64,000 nucleotides of DNA, taken from NCBI RefSeq assembly GCF_009914755.1, contig NC_060938.1. The stretch is one strand, 5' to 3'. The position numbers and the translations under genes are program-made. The notes beneath the pieces are model-generated. The model worked only from the letters and a program-made list of their open reading frames with translations, made no database searches and had not been told where the DNA came from. Positions 59,735 to 64,000 of this stretch are shown here, in pieces (position 1 is the first letter of the stretch; each line of letters begins with the position of its first letter). This DNA is from the human T2T-CHM13v2.0 reference genome, Homo sapiens.

Positions 59735-61830
59735 CTTTTCCAACCTTGCGTAATTAGGATAAATCCCCCTTGGTCATCTTGTATTATTCTTTTTATAAAC
59801 TGTTAGATTCAATTTGCTAACATTTTGTTGAGGATTTTTGCATCTATTCTCATGAGAGATATTTGTCTGTAGTGTTCTTTTCTTATACTGCCTTTGTTTG
59901 GCTTTGGTGTTAGAGTAATTCTGGCCTAATGGATAGAGTTAGGAAGTATTCCCTCTGCTTCTATCCTCTGAAAGAGATTGTAGAGAATTGGTATAATTTC
60001 TTTCTTAACGTTTGGTAGAATTCACCAGTGAACTATCTGGGTCTAGTGTTTTCTGTTTTGGAATGTAATTAACTATTGATTTGCTTTTAAAAATAGATAT
60101 AGGCAAATTCAGATTGCTTTTCTCTTCTGGCATGAGTTTTCTCTTCCATACTTTTAATCTGCTTTTTGTGATTTTAATTGAGCATTTATCGTATTTTATA
60201 TTCTAATTCTACAAGTAGTCCAATTCTGCTTTTAAATAACCCCATACCACTTCACAAAGCTAGTACTTTGTAATAACACAATACTAATTCCTCCCTTTCA
60301 TCCCTTTTGCCATTGTTGTCATTCATTTTCCTTACATATTTGCATACCCAAGTGTCTATGTAATCATTGTTGCTATTATTATTATGAACAAACTGTTTTC
60401 TGTTTACTAAATTAAAAATAAGAAAAAACAAATGTTTTCATTTTGCTTTCCCTTCTTCCTTTTTATGTATTGATCCAAGCTTCTGGCTTATATATAATAA
60501 CTTTCCTCCTCCCTAAAGAACTTCTTCTAATAATTCTTGCAAGGTATGCTGTCAATAAATTCCATCAATTTTTGTTTGTCTGAGAAAGTATTTATTTCTT
60601 CTTTATTTTCGATGGATAATTTTGCAAGACATGTAATTCTAGGTGTTTCCCCCCCCCCCCCCAGCACTTTAAATATTTCACTTCATTCTCTTTTTACTTT
60701 TATGGTTTCTGAGGAGAAATCAGATTTAATTCTTACCTTCGTTCCTCTGTAGGTAAGGCTTTTTTTTTTTTCTTCTGGTTTCTTTCAGAACATTTTTTTT
60801 AATCTTTGATTTTTCTGTAGTTTGAATATAGAATGCCTATGCATAGTTTTTAGTTTTTGGTTTTGTTTTTTCGCATTTATACTGATTGGTGTTCTCAGAA
60901 CTTCTTGGATCTGTGGTTTGGTATCTGACATTAACTTGGGGGAAGTTCTCAGTCATTACCTCAAATATTTCTTCTATACTTCCCTCTCTTTCTTCTCTTT
61001 CTGTTATTCCCATTATACATACATTCCATCTTTTGTAGTTGTCCCATCGTTCTTGGATATTATGTTCTTCTTTTTCAGTCTTTTTTGTTTGTTTGTTTGC
61101 TTGCTTGCTTTTCAGTTTTGGAAGCTTCTATTGAGATTTCAAGTTCAGAGACTCTTTCTTCAGTTGTGTCCAGTCTACTAATAAGCTCATCAAAAGTAAT
61201 GGTCGTTTCTGCTTTAGTTGCTTTTGATCTCTGGAATTTCTTTTCAGTTCTTTCTTGGAATTTCCATCTCTCTGTTTGCATTGCTGATCTGTTCTTGCAT
61301 GCTGTCTACTTTATTCATTAGAGCCTTTAGCATCTTAACCATAGTTGTTTTAAATTCCCAATTGAATAATTGCAACATCTTTGCTATATTTGAGCTCTGG
61401 TGCTGATGCTAGATTTATCTCCTCAAACTGTTTTTTGCCTTTCAGTATCCCTCATAACGTTTTCTTGATAACTGGACACGTTGTACTGAGTAAAACAAAT
61501 TTTTACAAATATAGGTCTTTAGTAATGTGGTAGTAAACTGTGTGGGGAGGGAAAATATTCTATAGTCCTATGATTGGGCATTAGTCTTCTAGTGATGCTG
61601 TGCTCCTGGACTATGAACTTCACAAGGGCCTCTCAGTCCCTTGCCCCTTAGTTGGGACAGGTTGGCTAGAGTGGACTGGAGTTGGCTAGAGTGGGCTGCA
61701 GTTGGATATTTCCTCTCCTCCACATGGAAGCTAGAGGGGACTGCAGTTGAGTATTTTCCTTCCCCAAGGTCAATTAGATTCTGATAAAACCCCAGCAGGT
61801 TTAGATCTAGTGAAACAGTTTCACCTAAGG
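59735..61830 (-). mobile_element. Old L1M fragments (ORF2, ORF1 and 5' region)
   Basis: ATTCAATTTGCTAACATTTTGTTGAGGATTTTTGCATCTAT. ORF 61075-61281 (FDELISRLDTTEERVSELE) matches the L1 ORF1 coiled coil. Short tandem GCTAGAGTGG.CTG.AGTTG units at 61660-61760. Confidence 0.8.
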
Positions 61831-64000
61831 ATAGGCAATACATTTCTGTTTAAGCCTCCCAGTTCATGGTCTTTGTTACAGCAGCCCTAGCAGAAGAATA
61901 CAGCAGGAATCATGTCTGCCTTGATTACTGTGATATACCAAGTTTCTAGCATGTGTCAAACATTTATGGTACGAATTCTAGACATATCTATTGAATGATT
62001 GATTAAATTCCTATAATTACTGTGAAGTAAAATGACATATTGGGAAAGTAATTAAACCAATTTGGTAATGGGACATAATTATTGAAATACAAGGTTATCA
62101 CGTTAAAACCTGATCCCACATCTGAAAATAGAAGAAAAATGTTTTAATCAGTCCACACCACATTTAATATTAATTAATCAAGTAGGAAAACGGAGAATAT
62201 TTTCTATCAGGGAAAGTAATAAAATAAATACTAAAGATCACTACTCAGAATAATAACTTATTTTTAAAATGCTATATCAGGTTTTCTTACCTCAATTCAC
62301 GAGCCCTTTAGATTTTACGTTTCTAAGTAATAGTCTTTATTGTCAATAGAGTCTTAAGCACAGGGAGTGAAGGAGTTTGAGTGGGTCCTTTGTCATTTTT
62401 ACTTATATCAGAGGCAAGAGGCAAAGGAGATTGTTTAGTTGCTACTTTCTGAGTTTATCTCTTCATAATTCAAACCTGAGAATTTCAACTCCCCCAACAA
62501 GGTACTTACAGGCTGAAGTTAAGAAACCCTTTAAAAATTTTGTGGACCAGAATAAAATTATCAGTTCATTCAACTTTCCATAACGCTTCCAAGGTAGAGG
62601 TGATTCAGCTAAGAGACAGCATGTGGATTTCTTAATGAATAGTAAACTTTGTAAGTTTGTATGTACCCTAAAAAGTTTTTGCCTTAACCCAATCACATAT
62701 GTTAAAGTCAGACAATATCTTAGAAACAAAGACCTTCCTTCCATTCCCAAATGACAAGTTGGCATTTCACAAATACCTCTTTAGTTAAATAATGGGGTGG
62801 TCATAATGATGAAGTGGTGAATATAATTTGAACTAAAATATATTCTGAATGCTCATGTGTAGAAAAATAAGCAGCCTAATAAAACATATTAGTAGTGACT
62901 TTGTACTAGATGTCATCAATGATATCTTCTAATCCTGAGTCTTCAAATGTAGTCACAAACATGCCATTGGTACATTCTTATGAGATATCACCAAGGAACG
63001 GAGAGTACTTGAATTTAGCCACTTTAATTTCCTTCTTACTAACTTCTATTTTCCACATCTACAGCAGGAATCAAGATTTTAAATGTATTTGATTTTGTCA
63101 TATTATACTCATACAACTCTGTAACCCCAGTTAAGTCCTCCACAAAGAGAAACTAAGTGACCAAAATCTTGCATGCACTTTCTTTAAATAATAAATCTGC
63201 TCCATATCATGTGGCCAACTTTCAAACAGAGAAGACCTGATACACTGGTACATTCTTGGACTATATCCCAAACTCAATTGCCTCATTGAACTTTAATTCT
63301 TCCTAACATGTTATTGGAACCATCGTTTTATTGAGCACTCCAGCCCTAGATCTGATGATCAACAATGACTTTCTGCTATCACTCTTGACTTCTCCCCAAG
63401 CCAAGCCCTACAGCATACCCTCATTTTGTATTACCCTTTGGCTAGCCATGCAAATTTTACACTACCTTGAACCATTCAGATCTTAATACTTTACCATGTC
63501 ATTGATCATGTAGGCACAGATTTCCACAGTCCTGAAGTGGAAAACCAAATAATTATGAAAGACGTACATTTTGCCTTTGTTACTAGTTCAAGGCTCCCTT
63601 TTCTATACCCATAGTCTCTTACAATCTTGGTTCATAAACTCTTAGAGATATGTCGATGTCATGATGGTTGCTCTATAGACTCCTTCTGCCTAAATCAGAG
63701 ATGTACAATTTTTGTAAAAGCTTATAGATGTCACAGAATACTTCCTCCCTCAGTGAAATATTTTATAGTATGCTTCCTGTGTTCGTCTTCTTCCATCACC
63801 ATGGTGATTAAAGGACTGATCAGTACCACGGCTACCTGGAACACAAACTCAGACATAATTGCTCTGGAACTTCTCCTGTAGTTCAATTGTTGCTTGAGCC
63901 AGCAGAAATTTGATTTTATGTTACTTGCAAATAAAAGATGCCTAGCATCTAATTCAGTCTTTCGTCTCAGGGAACTGCTTATTCTACTTTAAGACTTTAG

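Noticed and set aside
61660-61765. Short direct repeats GCTAGAGTGG(A/G)CTG(G/C)AGTTG with variable spacing
   Set aside because: They lie in an old L1M 5' region, where such tandem units are expected; this is not a spacer array.

Overview
This is AT-rich, CpG-depleted hominoid (human-like) non-coding DNA, either intergenic or deep intronic. I find no credible host protein-coding gene, RNA gene, CpG island or CRISPR-type system. Every recognisable ORF in the supplied track is a transposon remnant (L1 ORF2, ERVL gag, Alu, simple repeat) or a short chance ORF. The window is a layered transposable-element landscape: about 12 Alu/FLAM copies, two young L1PA insertions, several old L1M/L2/MIR fragments, many MaLR/ERV LTRs and a two-LTR internally deleted ERVL provirus. 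The most notable items are: (1) an L1PA3-like insertion at 53915-57262 combining a twin-priming 5' inversion, a 16-bp TSD and a 31-nt non-L1 segment between two A-tracts (candidate 3' transduction); (2) a consensus-like AluYc1-type copy with a 14-bp TSD; (3) a ~75-unit TTC/GAA tract grown from an Alu-monomer tail; (4) a 65-nt pre-miRNA-sized hairpin at 18984-19048; (5) several repeat-free blocks that may be conserved enhancers. Repeat family names come from recalled consensus sequences, not a database search. Subfamily calls and old-element boundaries are approximate.
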